Assembly: GCF_009914755.1 (NCBI RefSeq) | Contig: NC_060927.1 | Source of the DNA: the human T2T-CHM13v2.0 reference genome, Homo sapiens | DNA: 64,000 bases | Reading direction: 5' to 3' (one strand) | Shown here: positions 28,481-42,384 of the stretch, one piece after another | Position numbering within the stretch: position 1 is the first letter of the stretch | How the letters are laid out: each line of letters starts with the position of its first letter | Translations under genes and position numbers: made by a program | The notes under the pieces: generated by a model | Told to the model about the DNA's origin: nothing | Databases searched by the model: none | Seen by the model: only the letters and a program-made list of their open reading frames with translations

Positions 28481-31103
28481 CCAGAATGTCCTGAGTTTTG
28501 ACAAGCATCTGACATGAAACCTGAATTTTCCAGATAATGACTATGAAGTCCCACCTGTCATTGGATATGCAGATGTTTAAAATATAGTTAATGATTCATA
28601 AGATGTGGTACTGATTAAACCTCTAATTAGGTGTCTTCTAATTTTAGGCTAATGATGACTCTTCCAGCCCTTAGGTCTTTTCTCCTTCTGTTTCACCACT
28701 TATAGAACTGACTTAAAATTAACAACAGGAAAATCAGTGAAGTCTTTTTAGTTTATATTTATTTTTAATTTTTCTTAGTAGAGTGTAAAATTTCTGCTGC
28801 ATCACTAACCATCATAATAAAAAGGTACAATTTTGTCCATTTGAAATACAGGAGACACTGAAAAACCAGTCTTCATACATTTAATCTAGAAATTATCTAT
28901 TATAACCTGGCATTTTTACAACAAAAGTAGTGAACTGGTAGACTTTTTACACTGCTTTTAATCATGTCAACAAAAACATGTCCCAAATAATTTGTTAGAA
29001 ATTTATAAATGATAAAATACAATTTGAGTTTTAGAATGACAACCACTAATAGAAAATAAATTATTTAGCTTAATAAACTTTTAAAATCACTATTTAAAAT
29101 GTAATATTTAAAGAGAGTAAGAAGGAAACTTCTTGAGGGTACACAATTCTGCTTTCCAACAGCTCAGAATAATCCCAGCAATGAAACCTTCAAAGTATCA
29201 TCATCCAAATGTTAAATGATGTAGAAAGTATAATATTTTTACACTGATTAGGAATATAATTGGTTTTGGGTGTCTTAAAAAATAATTTCAACTTTTATTT
29301 TAGATTCAGGGCATATATGTACAGATTTTTAACCTGGGTATATTGAATGACACTGAGGTTTGGGGTATGACTTACCCCATCACCCAGGTCCTGAGCATAG
29401 TAACCAATAGTTTTTCAACCCTCGTCCTTATCCCTGCCTCCCCCCCAACCTTAGTACTGACTGTCAATTACTGCCATTGTCATATCCATGAGTAACCATT
29501 TATTAGCTTCCATATATAAGTGAGAGCATACAGTATTTAATTTTCCGTTCCTGCATTAATTTTTTTGGGATAATAGCATCCGGCTGCATCCATGTTGCTG
29601 CAAAAGACATGATTCCATTCTTTATAAAGGCTGTATAGTATTCTATAGTTGATATGTACCACGTTTTCTTTATTTAATCCACCACTGATGGGCACCTTGG
29701 TGGATTCCATGTCTTTTCTACTGTGAAAAGTACTGTAATGAATGTGCAAGCTCATGTGTCATTTTTGGTAGAAGATTTATTTATTTCTTTTTTTTTTTCT
29801 GGATATATGTACCCAGTAATAGGATTACTACATTGATAGTTCTATTTTAAGTTCTTTAAGAAATCTTCAAACTGCTTTCTACAGTGGCTGAACTAGTTTA
29901 TATTTCCAACAACAGTTATGGGCATTCCTTTTTCTCCACAGCCTCACCAGCATCTGTTGTTTTTTGAATTTTTAATAATAGCAATTCTGACTGGTGTTTG
30001 ATGGTATTTCATTGTAGTTTTGATTCACATTTCTGTGATGGTTAGTGATGTTGAACATTTATTCACATTTATGGGCCACTTGTATGTCTTCTTTTGAGAA
30101 GCATCTGTTCATATCCTTTGCTGATTTTAGTGGGGTTATTTGTTTTTGCTTGTTCGATAGTTTAAGTTCCTTAAAGATTCTGGACATTAGACCTTTGTGG
30201 AATGTATATATTGAAAATACTTTCTCCCATCTGTAGGTTGTCCACTTACTCTGTGGATACTTTCTTTTGCCATGCAGAAGTCCTTTAGTTTAATTAGGAT
30301 CCACTTGTAAATGTTTGCTTTTGTTGCAATTTCTTTTGAGGACTTAGTCATAAATTCTTTCCCAAGGCTGAGGTCAGGAATGATATTTCCTAGGTTTTCT
30401 TCTAGGTTTCTTATAGTTTGATATCTTAAATTTTTCATCTATCTCGAGTTAATTTTTGTGTATGGTGAAAGATAGGAGTCCAGTTTCATTCTTCTGCAAA
30501 TAGCTAGCTAGCTATATCAGAATAAGTTATTGAATTGGGAGTCATTCCCCATTGCTTATTTTTGTTGACTTTGTCAAAGATCAGATGGCTATAGGAGAGT
30601 GGCATTACTTTTCTCAAAGACTTTGTTCATTTTTTAAAATTATTTTCTTTTTACTTTTTGTCTGACTGAGTTAGTTCAAAAGACTGGTCTTCAAGCTCTG
30701 AAATTATTTTTTCTACTTTGCCCAGTCCATTGATAAAGCTTGCAATTGTATTTTGAAATTCCTTAAGTGAATTATTCAATTCCAGAAGCTCTCATTAATT
30801 TGTTTTTAAGATGTTTACATCTTCCTTCATTTTCTGGATCACTTTTTTTAAAAAACATTATTTTATTTTATTTTAAGTTCTGGGATACATGTGCAGGACG
30901 TGCAGGTTTGTGACATAGGTAAACGTTTGCCATGGTGGTTTGCCGCACCTATCAACCCATCACTTAGGTATTAAGCTCCACATGCATTAGCTATTTAGCT
31001 ATTTATCCTGATGCTCTCCCTCCTTCCACACTCCCCTGACAGGCCCCAGTGTGTGTTGTTCCCCTTCTGTGCCCATGTGTTCTTATTGTTCAACTCCCAC
31101 TTA

Positions 31104-31775
<672 letters not shown>

Positions 31776-34589
31776 TGTTTCTGTGTTTGCTGAGGATAAT
31801 GGCTTCCAGCTCCATCCATCTCACTCCTTTTTATGGCTGCGTAGTATTCCATGGTATATATGTAGCACTTTTTCTTTATCCAGTCTATTATTGATGGACA
31901 TTTGGGTTGATTCCATGTCTTTGCTATTGTAAATAGTGCTACAGTGAACATATGTGTGCATATATCTTTATAGTACAATGATTTATATTCTTTTGGGTAT
32001 ATACTCAGTAATGGAATTGCTTGGTCAAATGGTATTACTGGTTTTAGGTATTTGAGAAATCACCACTCTATCTTCCACAATGGTTGAACTAATTTACATT
32101 TCTACCAACAGTGTAAAAGTGTTTCTATTTCTCCACAGCCTCACCAGCATCTATTGTTTCTTGACTTTTTAATAATCACCATTCTGACTGGTGTGAGATG
32201 GTATCTCATTGAAGTTTTGATTTGTATTTCTCTAATGATGAGTGATGTTGAGCTTTTCTAAATATGTTTGTTGTCCACATAAATGTCTTCTTTTCAGAAA
32301 TGTCTGTTCATGTCCTTTGCCCAATTTGTAATGGTGTTGTTTGTTTTTTCTTATAATTTTTTTAAGTTCCTTGTAGGTTCTGCATATTAGACCTTTGTCA
32401 GATGGATAGACGGCAAAATTTCTCCCTCATTCTACAGGTTTTCTGTTTATTCTGATTATTTCTTTTGCTGTGCAGAAGCTCTTTACTTTAATTAGTTCCC
32501 ATTTGTCATTTTTTGCTTTTGTTGAAACTGCTTTTGACACTTTCGTCATGAAATTTTTGCCTGTGTCTATATCCTGAATGGTATTGTCTAGATGTTTTTC
32601 TGGGATTTTTACAGTTTTGGGTTTTACATTTAGGCCTTTAATCCATCTTGAGTTAATTTTTGTATAAGGTATAAGGAAGGGTTCAAGTTTCAATTTTTGG
32701 CATATGGCTGGCCAGTTCTCCCAGCATCATTTATTAAATAGAAAATTTGTTCCCCATTGCTAGTTTTTGTCATGTTTGCCCAAGATCAGATGGTTGTAGA
32801 TGTGCAGTCTTACTTCTGAAATCTCTATTCTGCTCTATTTGTCTATGTGTCTGTTTTGGTACCAGGGCCATGCTGTTTTGATTACTGTGGTTACTGTAGC
32901 CTTGTAATATAATTTGAAATCAGGTAATCTGATGCTTTCAGCTTTGTTCTTTTTGCTTAGGATTGTCTTGGCTATACAGGCTCTTTTTTTGTTCAATATG
33001 AATTTTAAAATACATTTTCTAAATCTGTAAAAAATGTCAGTGGTACTTTAATGGGAATAGCATTGGATTGATAAATTACTTTGGACAGTATGGCCATTTT
33101 CACGATAGTGATTCTTCCTGTCCATGAGCATTGAAAGTTTTTCCATTTGTTTGTGTTCTCACTGATTTCCTTGAGCAGTGGTTTGCAATTCTCCTTGAAA
33201 AGGTCCTTCACTTCCCTTGTTAGCTGTATTCCTGAGTATTTTATTCTTTGTAGCAGTTGTGAATGAGAGTTCATTCATGATTTGGCTGTCTTCTTGGCTA
33301 TTGTTGCTGTATAGCAAGGCTTGTGATTTTTGCACTTTGATTTTGTATCCTGAGAATTTGCTGAAGCGCTTATCATCTTAAGCTTTTGGGCTGAGATGGT
33401 GAGGTTTTCTCAATATAGGATCATGTCATCTGCAAACAGAGGAAGTTTTACTTTTTCTCTTCCTATTTGAGTATCTTTATTTCTTTCTCTTGCCTGATTG
33501 CCCTGGCAGCAGTGATGGATGCTGCCCCTCCCCCCAGAAACTGTCATCTTAGGCAGCCAGCAGCTGCAGTGATGATGGCCACTCTTCCCCCAGGGAACTC
33601 GGTAGTCTTAGGCAGTCCCCAGCTGAGTGGCTGCTGAGAATCTGCACAGCTCTGTGCTTGGGAACTAGGCCCTTGTGGCATGGGATCACAAAGGGGATTT
33701 CCTGATTTTTGAGTTGCACAGATCCTTGGAAAGGGTGTGGTTTCTTGGGTGGGGTAGCACAATCACTCATTGCCTCCCTTGCCTGGGGATGGGAGCACCC
33801 CTTGCCCCATGTGGCTCCCAGGTGAGCCATTGCACCACCCTGCTTTTCCTCACTCTCCATGGGTTACACCAACCAGCCCGTTAGTCCCAGTGAGAGAACC
33901 TGGATACCTCAGTTGCCAGTGTGGGATTCACTTACTGTTTTCGTTATCTCAGTGGGCCTGGATTGCTCTCAAAGTTTTTTTGTGTTGATTTTTCAACCTT
34001 GTTTTTGATCTAGTTAAGCTTCCTTGTAATCCATGCTTTGAAATCTTTATCTGTCATTTCTTAGTTTCCATTTTGGTTACAGGCTGTGGTTGGAGATCTA
34101 GTGTGATCCTTTGGTGGTGTCATTGCATTCACAACTTTTTATGCTGCCAGAATTCTTGTATACAGAATTCTTCTATAGCCCTATGTGCTTTTTTTGAAAG
34201 TTTTTATACTTTCAATGTGTATTTCAATCTACAAGCTAGTAGAAGGTACTTATACAAAAGAACATAAGCAGCCAATGTGGCTGAGTATATACTTGTTTAT
34301 TGGGAGAAGCTCTCTGTTGCCTCAGGCTGATTCATGGAATGAACATTGATCTGAGATCCCTTCTCAGCCTTGAGGTGTAGCTGGGGGCAAGATGGGTGGA
34401 GCCAGACCAAGCAGGAGAGCCTATAGGTCCCCCAAAGGCAGGTGCCAGCACCAGTTCTAAGCAAGAATACAGTAGGTAGACACCAAGCAAAGCACACAGA
34501 GGTGTGCCTAGGCATGTAATTTGGAAACCTCCTCAGCCCAATCTCTCTGTATGGGGACTGGGGTGGCCAAAACTCCTAATCCAAGATAG

Positions 34590-34990
34590 TGGGTGCTCAA
34601 GATGCCTGGAGATCTGCCTGGTTGTGGAGCATGGAGGGCCACACTGCACCATAATCTATGCCTAGGAAGGGTGGGGTGGCTCAGGCTGCTGAGCCAGGTG
34701 AACTGGTACTCTGAATGCCTAGAGATTTACCTGAGCATGACCATGCACAGGATCTCTGCACTTGAAGTGTGGGGCAATCAGGTTGGTAATCCATGCAAGG
34801 AGGTGCTCCAGATTTCTGGAGATCTCCCTACATGTGGAGTGAAGAGGGTCCCACTGCACCATGATCTATGCACAGGAAGGGTGGGATAGCTCAGGCTGCT
34901 GATCCAGACAAGAGGGTGCTCTGAATACCTGAAGATCTGGATGGGTATGGAACAGAATGGATGCCAACTACATCACAATCTCAGTGGACT
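34590..34990. repeat. Diverged ~100-115 bp tandem units within the old L1 5'UTR
   Basis: ggtgctc...cctggagatct...cactgcaccat.atctatgc..aggaagggtggg...ctcaggctgctga motifs recur with unit starts near 34591, 34704, 34801 and 34915. Confidence 0.75.
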
Positions 34991-35427
34991 AGGCTGGGGT
35001 GCCCAGGCATGACACATGCAGACCAGTTCCAGGTCACCAAGCTGGCCCTGGCTACAAATCTCATTGTCCAGGAGAAACCACAGCTTTAGCAGCATTCTTC
35101 CCATGGAAATCCTGTTACAGGGGAGAGCACAATTCCAGTGCCTATTGCTGAGAATTTTTCTGCTGTTCAGCCTGGGGAGACCCCTATCCCACTCACTCAA
35201 GAATAGGAGATCCAATCTCTGGCCTGAGACTAAAATTCCTATGTGGCCATGCTCACCAAAGAATGCTGACTTTATATGTGCCCAGATTAAAAATGGAGTC
35301 CTACACTCAATCACAGATCTGAGGAAATGTCTACATTTTTACCCAGTGTCTTTGCATCACAGTATCTCCAGACCTTCCCCTAAGTTAGCTCCAGGGGTTA
35401 GGAGAAACAAAGTGCTCTCATACTGGG

Positions 35428-37798
35428 TGTATTAGTCCATTTTCATATTGCTATAAAGAACAGCCTGAGACTGGGTAATTTACAAAGGAAAGAAGTTTAA
35501 TTGACTCACAATTTAGTATGGCTAGGGAGGAATGAGGAAACTTACAATCATGGCAAAAGGCGAAGGGAAAGCAAGACACCTTCTTCACAAGGCAGCAGAA
35601 AGGAGAAGTGCTGAGAGAAGGGAAAGAGCCCTTTATAAAACCATCAGATCTCATGGGAATTCACTCACTATTACAAAACCAGCATGGGGAAACTGCCCCC
35701 ATGATTCAATTATCTCCACATTGTCTTTCCCTTGACATATGGGGATTATGAGGATTATGGGAACTACAATTCAAGATGAAATTTTGGTGGGGACACAATG
35801 CATAACCATATCATTCTGCCCCTGGGCCCTCTCAAATCTCATGTCCCTTTTACATTTCAAAACCAATCATGCCTTCCTAACAGTCCACCAAAGTCTTAAT
35901 TCATTTCAGCATTAACCCAAAAGTCCAAGTCCAAAGTCTTTTTTGAGACAAAGCAAGTCCCTTCTGCCTATGAGCCTGTAAAATCACAAGTAAGTTATTT
36001 ACTTCCTAGATAAAATGGGTGTACAGAAATTGGGTTAATACACCCATTCCAAATGGGAGAAATTGGCCAAAACAAAGGGACTATGGGTCCCAAGCAAGTC
36101 CAAAATCCAGTGGGGCAGTCATATCTTAAAGCTTCAAAATGATCTCCTTTGACTCTGTCTCACATCCAGGTCATGCTGATGCAAGAGGTGGGCTTCCATG
36201 GTCTTGGGCAGCTCCACCAATGTGGCTCTTTAGGGTACAGCTCCCCTACTGGCTGCTTTCACAGGCTGATGTTGAGTGTCTGAGGATTATCCAGGTACAC
36301 AGTGCTAAATGTCAGTGGACCTACCATTCTGGGTTCTGGAAAATGGTAGCCCTCTTATCACAGCTCCACTGGGCATTGCCCCAGTGGGGACTGTGTGTGG
36401 GGGCTCCAACCCCCACATTTCCCTGCTGCACTGCCCTAGCATAGGTTCTCTCTGAGGTCTCCACCCCCGCAGCAAACTTCTGCCAGGACATCCAGGCGTT
36501 TTCATACATCCTCTGAAATCTAGATGAAGGTTTTCAAACTTTAGTTCTTGTCTTCCACGTACTGGCAGGACCAACACCATATGGAAGCCACCAAGGCTTA
36601 AAGCTTGCACCCTCTGAGCTGTACATTGCCCCCTTTTGGCTATGACTGGGATGCAGGGCACTAAGTCCCCAGACTGCACAAAGCAGCAAGGCCCTGGGCC
36701 CAGCCAATGAGACCATTTTATTTTTTTTGCCTAGGCCTCTGGGATTTTAATGGGAGGGGCTACTGTGAAGACTTCTGATGTGCTCTGGAGACATTGCTTC
36801 CATTGTCTTGGTAATTAACATTTAACTCCTTGTTACTTATGCAAATTTTTGCAGCTGGCTTGACTTTCCCCCCAGAAAATGGGTTTTTCTTTTCTATAGC
36901 ACTGCCAGGCTTAACATTTTCCAAACTTTTATGCTGTGTTTCCCTTTTAAACGTAAGATCCAATTACAAATCATATCTTTGTGAATGCATAAAACTACAT
37001 TCTTTTAAGAGCATACAAACCATAAGAGCATAATCCCCATATGCTTTGTGTTTAGAAATTTCTTCTGCCAGATACCCTAAATCATCTCTCTCAAGTTCAA
37101 AGTTCCACAGAACTCTAGGGCAGGGGCAAAATGCCACCAGTCTCTTTGCTAAAACATGACAAGAGTCACCTTTATTCCAGTTCCCAACAATTCTTCATCT
37201 CCATCTGAGACCACCTCAGCTTGGACTTTATTGATTATATCACTATCAGCATTTTGGTCAAAGTCAAATCTCTAGGAAGTTCCAAACTTTCCCACATCTT
37301 CCTGTCTTTTTCTGAGCCCTCCAAACTGTTCCAACCTCTTCCTGTTACCCAGTTCCAAAGTCACTTTCACATTTTCCAGTATCTTTACATCAGCATCCCA
37401 CTCTACCAGTATCAATTTCCTGAATTTGTCCATGAAATACTGCTATAAATAACTGCTCAAGACTAGGTGATTTACAAAGGAAAGAGGTTTTATTGACTCA
37501 CAGTTAAGCATGGCTGGGGAAGGCTCAGAAAACTTATAATCATGAGAGAAGGGGCAGGGGAAGCAAGGTACCTTTTTCCCAAGGCAGCAGCAAGGAGAAG
37601 TGCTGAGAGAAAGAGCAAGAACCCCTTATAAAACCATCAGACCTCATGAGAACTCACTGACTATCATGAGAACAGCATGGGGGAAGCTGCCCCCATGATT
37701 CAATTATGTCCACCTGGTCTCTCCTTTGAGATGTGGGGATTATGGGGATTACAATTCAAGATGAGATTTGAGTGGGGACACAAAGCCTAACCATATCA
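35428..37798 (-). mobile_element. Full-length THE1D MaLR element (LTR-internal-LTR)
   Basis: LTRs 35428-35813 and 37421-37798, ~1.6 kb THE1-int between; TSD CTGGG/ATGGG; interrupts the L1 5'UTR. Confidence 0.93.
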
Positions 37799-40700
37799 AT
37801 GGGAGATGTGAGAGAGGCAGGGAGCCTCCTTCTGTGACTTACCTTTCCACTGGGGATCTGAGCTTTATTAGCCAGATGCCATCACGGGAGCTATTTGCCT
37901 CCATTTTCCTCCACAGATTCTGGGCTGTCCTTCATGATTCTGATGGATTATCATTCTCTTCCTTGAATTAAAGCCCACAGAGTTTATCCTTATGTGCTAT
38001 ATTGCTATTTTAAGTGGTGAGGCATGCTAAAAGCCTCTAATCTGCCATCTTGGGAAAAAATGCTGTATATTTAGTTTTTATACAGGTCTTGATTTTGTAA
38101 TGCAGATCCCAGAGCTGTGAATGAAAAGTAGCTCTTAATTATTTTATATAATTAAACTAATTCCAGCTCGTATATCTTTCACCTCATTTCTACATCAGAA
38201 TAGTAACTTTTTAATTAAAGAGGCAGGAAAAGATTATATGCTATTCTTACACATTTATAATCATCTTATGTAAAGAAAGATACAAAGGAACAATGGTTTC
38301 TGAATTTCAAATAAAATAAAAACTAAAATTATTCATAGGTTGCAGAGTTTATTATTTAAATTACAGGTAATATAGATTTTAAAATTCATATTATTGAAAA
38401 ATTATTTACAGCCACAATTCTTCTGTACAAGGTGAGAAATATAAATAAAAACATACTGGCCATTTTCTGACACTCTTATTCTAAATGTAGAGATATTTTA
38501 AATATTTCCTTCAGTATTAAAGATGGTTCAAGGTGTTACAAATATTGATGAACTGACAAACTTGGGACATGTCCTTTTATGTAATATAGATATAATTAAT
38601 ATATTTTTAGAAGTGATGTATGTAGCATTCATTAAGCAACTCTTGGCCTTCCTCATCTTTCTTGCCTCAGATTCTCTTAGTGAGTCTTTATATAATGCTT
38701 TGAGCTTTTGCAATCTATGGAAAAAGATGACCACTACTTTCTGAAGTTTCTGTCACTACTAATAAATATCACCAGTGCCTCAACAGAGGATCTCTTCACC
38801 CAGGCTTTGTTTTGACCTATCTGGATAAAGAGATTGCATTTTCAAGACATTTCTCCACAAAGAAGTTATTTGTAGTTGATTTTGGTTTGTTCTAATGTCG
38901 ACATTGACAGAGCTTTTACATAATTTCTCTTATCTTGTGGTAATTTATTCCTATACATGTTTAAAGAAAGAGACACTGTAGTCTGCGCAGTCCTATTCAG
39001 GGAAAAGGAGTAACTTTTTATGCTCAAGCTATGGCCTTCCCGGGCACTGCTAAATCCCAATATCGTGGCTAGAATCTATTGCCAGTATGCATGTCTTATT
39101 GCCACTATCATGGACTCATTCTTTTCCTCATGTCTATCCAGGACTAGATATTCAGGGATGTGAAACATACCTGCTTGGCTGAGGAAACCACGCATAAGCT
39201 TCTATAATTGTAAGAACTATAGAGGACAGAGAAGCTCAAGTAAACAATCTTTTCAAATTTAAAAATTTTTTTCATCAAGGAGAATCCAAAACAGAATTTA
39301 TATTAGAAAAAAACCTTTAAAAATTATAAAACATGTGAAGAGACTCATGATTTATAACAAAACCAAGGGAAAACGTGAGGAAAGAAATCTCTACATCATA
39401 AGGATGAGATAAGACAGTAGTTGAAGTAAAAACTGGTTTCGTTAAGTTGTACCCTTCTGTCTTTTTTTGGTATAAAATACATCTAAAATCTAAAATATAA
39501 TAACTTGTAAAATTTGTTTTATAAACTATACATTGTCTGTTAAAATGCAACATCTTCTCATGCTGGCTGGTAAATTGCAGTCATAATTTTAGGCACACTT
39601 TCTTGCTACTTTTTCAATAGAAAAGATATGACAATAAGGTCACTAATTTCCTTAAAGTTATGAAATGTGAGGCAATACTGTATTATGATCAGACATACCA
39701 AATTTACTAGTTTAATGACAGAAACTGCCTTGTTTTCTTAGTTGTAAATGGTTAAGTTACCTACGTTTCTCAGGACACAGAAGCCTACAGATAAACACAG
39801 GATCATGAAATCATTCTCTAGCTCTGCTTTTCTTTCTTCAGGAACTAAAACCCTTTCAAAATTCTCCTGAAATATCAGAGAGCTTGCATGGTGTCACATT
39901 CTCAGCTAATCAGTAAATTAGACCCCTCAGCTAAACTATGGCAATGAACATTTCCAACTTCCTCAATTTTGGTCCCATGTGATACCATGACCACTAGAAA
40001 AAAAAATGGCAATATCTGCTGAATTTTATTTCATGCAAACTTAACTCAAGAAACTGACTTACTTAGTCATGGGTGTCATGGGAACCAGGAGAGGTTTCTC
40101 AGAAAAGGGAGAAGTAACCTGAGACAAGAATAATGAGTAATAACAGGTTTCTACTTCAGAAATATAGAAGAATAAGTGTTTTGATTGGATCTTCTTCAAT
40201 AGTGTAAGAGTATTATAGATTTTGTGCCATAATAATTACTTTTTAAAGTTGATTGAGCTTGCAAGAACGTCAGAAAAATCTTCAAGAGTCAAAAATAAAT
40301 AAAAAACTAGAAAGTGCTGTTTCTCTAGAGCCAATTAATTGTATCTATACTGTGAGATATGGAAACAACCACCAGACATTCTTTAGGTATTAACAAGTAA
40401 AATTGTCAAAAAATATAGTTTTCAAAATTAAAATCTCTATTACATGATTAAACAAAAAGTTAAACACAATTGTTTTGTACTATTAGGGAATTATATGTTG
40501 AATCTGAAAAAATAAAATTACCTAAACTGCAGTAGAGAGAAATAAAAATATTGAAAAATAAAATGTGTGTGTACATGTGAACACATGTATGATGGAATAA
40601 GAAAAGTTCTCTCTAATAAGATTCCTATAAGAAGAAAGTAGAGAAAATAAAAGAGAGGTAACATGCAGGTTAAGAATACAACAAAGCTAATGAAAGACAT

Positions 40701-40899
40701 GAATCCATAGGTATTGAAGCAGGTAAATACCAAAAGCGACAATCATAAGAAAATATGTTTTCAAACAAGAGAAGACAAAACTATGGGCTAACTATCCTGC
40801 ATAACATGTCAGAGAAAGTACAAAGGAATACATTCAAAATGGCAGATGGAAGGAGAGAATAAAGAAAATATGAGAAGGCGTAAGCTACCACAATAAAGA

Positions 40900-41780
40900 T
40901 ATTTTATGAAGGTGGAAAATATCTTGGCAACCAAATACACATAAAATAATTATTTGTCCTAATTTATAATGAAATGCTTAAATAAGTGCATAAAACATGA
41001 ATATACCAACAACAAAAAAAAGCTCTTCACAGAGGAGAAAAGTGAATGGCCATTTAGCATGGGAAAAGCTGTTCAATTTAATTAGCATTCAGGAAAACAT
41101 AAATTAAGGCCTAACAGATACAATTTTATACCCATTAGATTGGCAAAATTGAAAATTTGGCAAATACTAAGTATGGATATGGGTATGGAGAAGTGAGAAA
41201 CTTTAGACATAGCTGGTGGGAATTTAATCGATGTAACTTTGGAAAACAATTTGACATTATCTTGTAAAATTGAATATGCCCATGTTGTACAAATCAACAA
41301 TTCCTCACCTAAATACAGTGTTTAAAGAGATAATTTTGCATATGTGTATCTGTAGACTTATAAATAAAATGTCAGGACAGCATTATTTATAATAACAACA
41401 ATCGAAATGGAAAAAATCATCAACAGAATATGATTAAATAATTTGTAGTATATTTATACCTGTAGAATATGGTATGTCACTGAAACTACATGAATAGGTC
41501 ACATGATGGATAGGCCATAATAAAGTAAGTTGCAGAAAAAAATTACATATAATAACATTTATAATCCTAGGACTAAAGAAAACTACACCATAAAAGACAA
41601 GAAACTGATAAACACGAAAGTCAGAATATGGGGTATTTTCTAGCGAAGAAGGTATTGAGATACAGAGGAATATTGTCACTCTATTGGTAATACCTTATTT
41701 TGCTAGTGTGTTGGGTTTTGGCTCAATAATTTGCTGTATTATTCTATTTTATTGCTTTTGTTTTATTTTTGTTATATGTA
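40900..41780 (+). mobile_element. Ancient L1 (L1ME-like) 3' fragment
   Basis: agatacaattttatacccattagattggcaaaatt...gctggtgggaat...tttggaaaacaatttgaca. Confidence 0.75.
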
Positions 41781-42069
41781 TTATTCTTTTTTTCTTATGT
41801 ATTTTCTTTTTCTAGATTAATTATTGAAGTACAAACAAAGAATTATTTGGAACTGTACACATTAAGAGAGAAACGAAGTGGACAGTAAGCCAAAAATATT
41901 CAATGGCTACAAATTCAGGGCCAATATACAGGAAACATTAAGGTTCCAATTATGTTGTTGCTCACTGTAGGAGCATCTGCTCTCTATATTCCATGTGTCA
42001 AAGGAAAATATATCTGAGTTAAAGGTCCTGACCCCTTCCACTGGAATTGCCAATGTTGATGATATTCTG

Positions 42070-42272
42070 AGGGTTGCCCAGTAGAATGCAGGATACCCAG
42101 TTAAATTTGAATTTTGGAGGAACAATCAATAGTTATTTTTAGTATAGGTATGGCCTCAAATATTACATAGGACTTACTTAAAAAGTATATGTATGTGAGA
42201 GATATAAAAATATATCATGTTTGTATATATGTACATAAGTGAAATACATATTTATTTCTCTCTCTCTCTCCC

Positions 42273-42321
<49 letters not shown>

Positions 42322-42384
42322 GTATTGCTTATCTTAAATTTAACTGGGTATTCTGTATTTTTATTTAGTAAATCTGGCAACACA
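42070..42384. mobile_element. MER53 palindromic hAT MITE split by a simple-repeat expansion
   Basis: AGGGTTGCC...GATACCCAGTTAAATTTGAATT and the mirror AAATTTAACTGGGTATTCTGTATTTT...ATCTGGCAAC; TA/CT/CA repeats at ~42186-42322. Confidence 0.85.

Noticed and set aside
32427-33274. L1 ORF2-like peptides (also 17330-17590, 30187-30438, 48727-49048)
   Set aside because: Real L1 homology, but broken by stops and frameshifts; non-functional
34590-34990. Repeat units that could suggest a CRISPR-like array
   Set aside because: Diverged tandem monomers inside an L1 5'UTR, with no unique spacers, in eukaryotic DNA with no cas genes
35016-36716. ORFs of 100-139 aa
   Set aside because: They lie within the L1 5'UTR and THE1-int; these are fragmented repeat-derived frames, not host genes
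38523-39060. Overlapping short ORFs in unique DNA
   Set aside because: No recognisable protein similarity and no consistent splice signals
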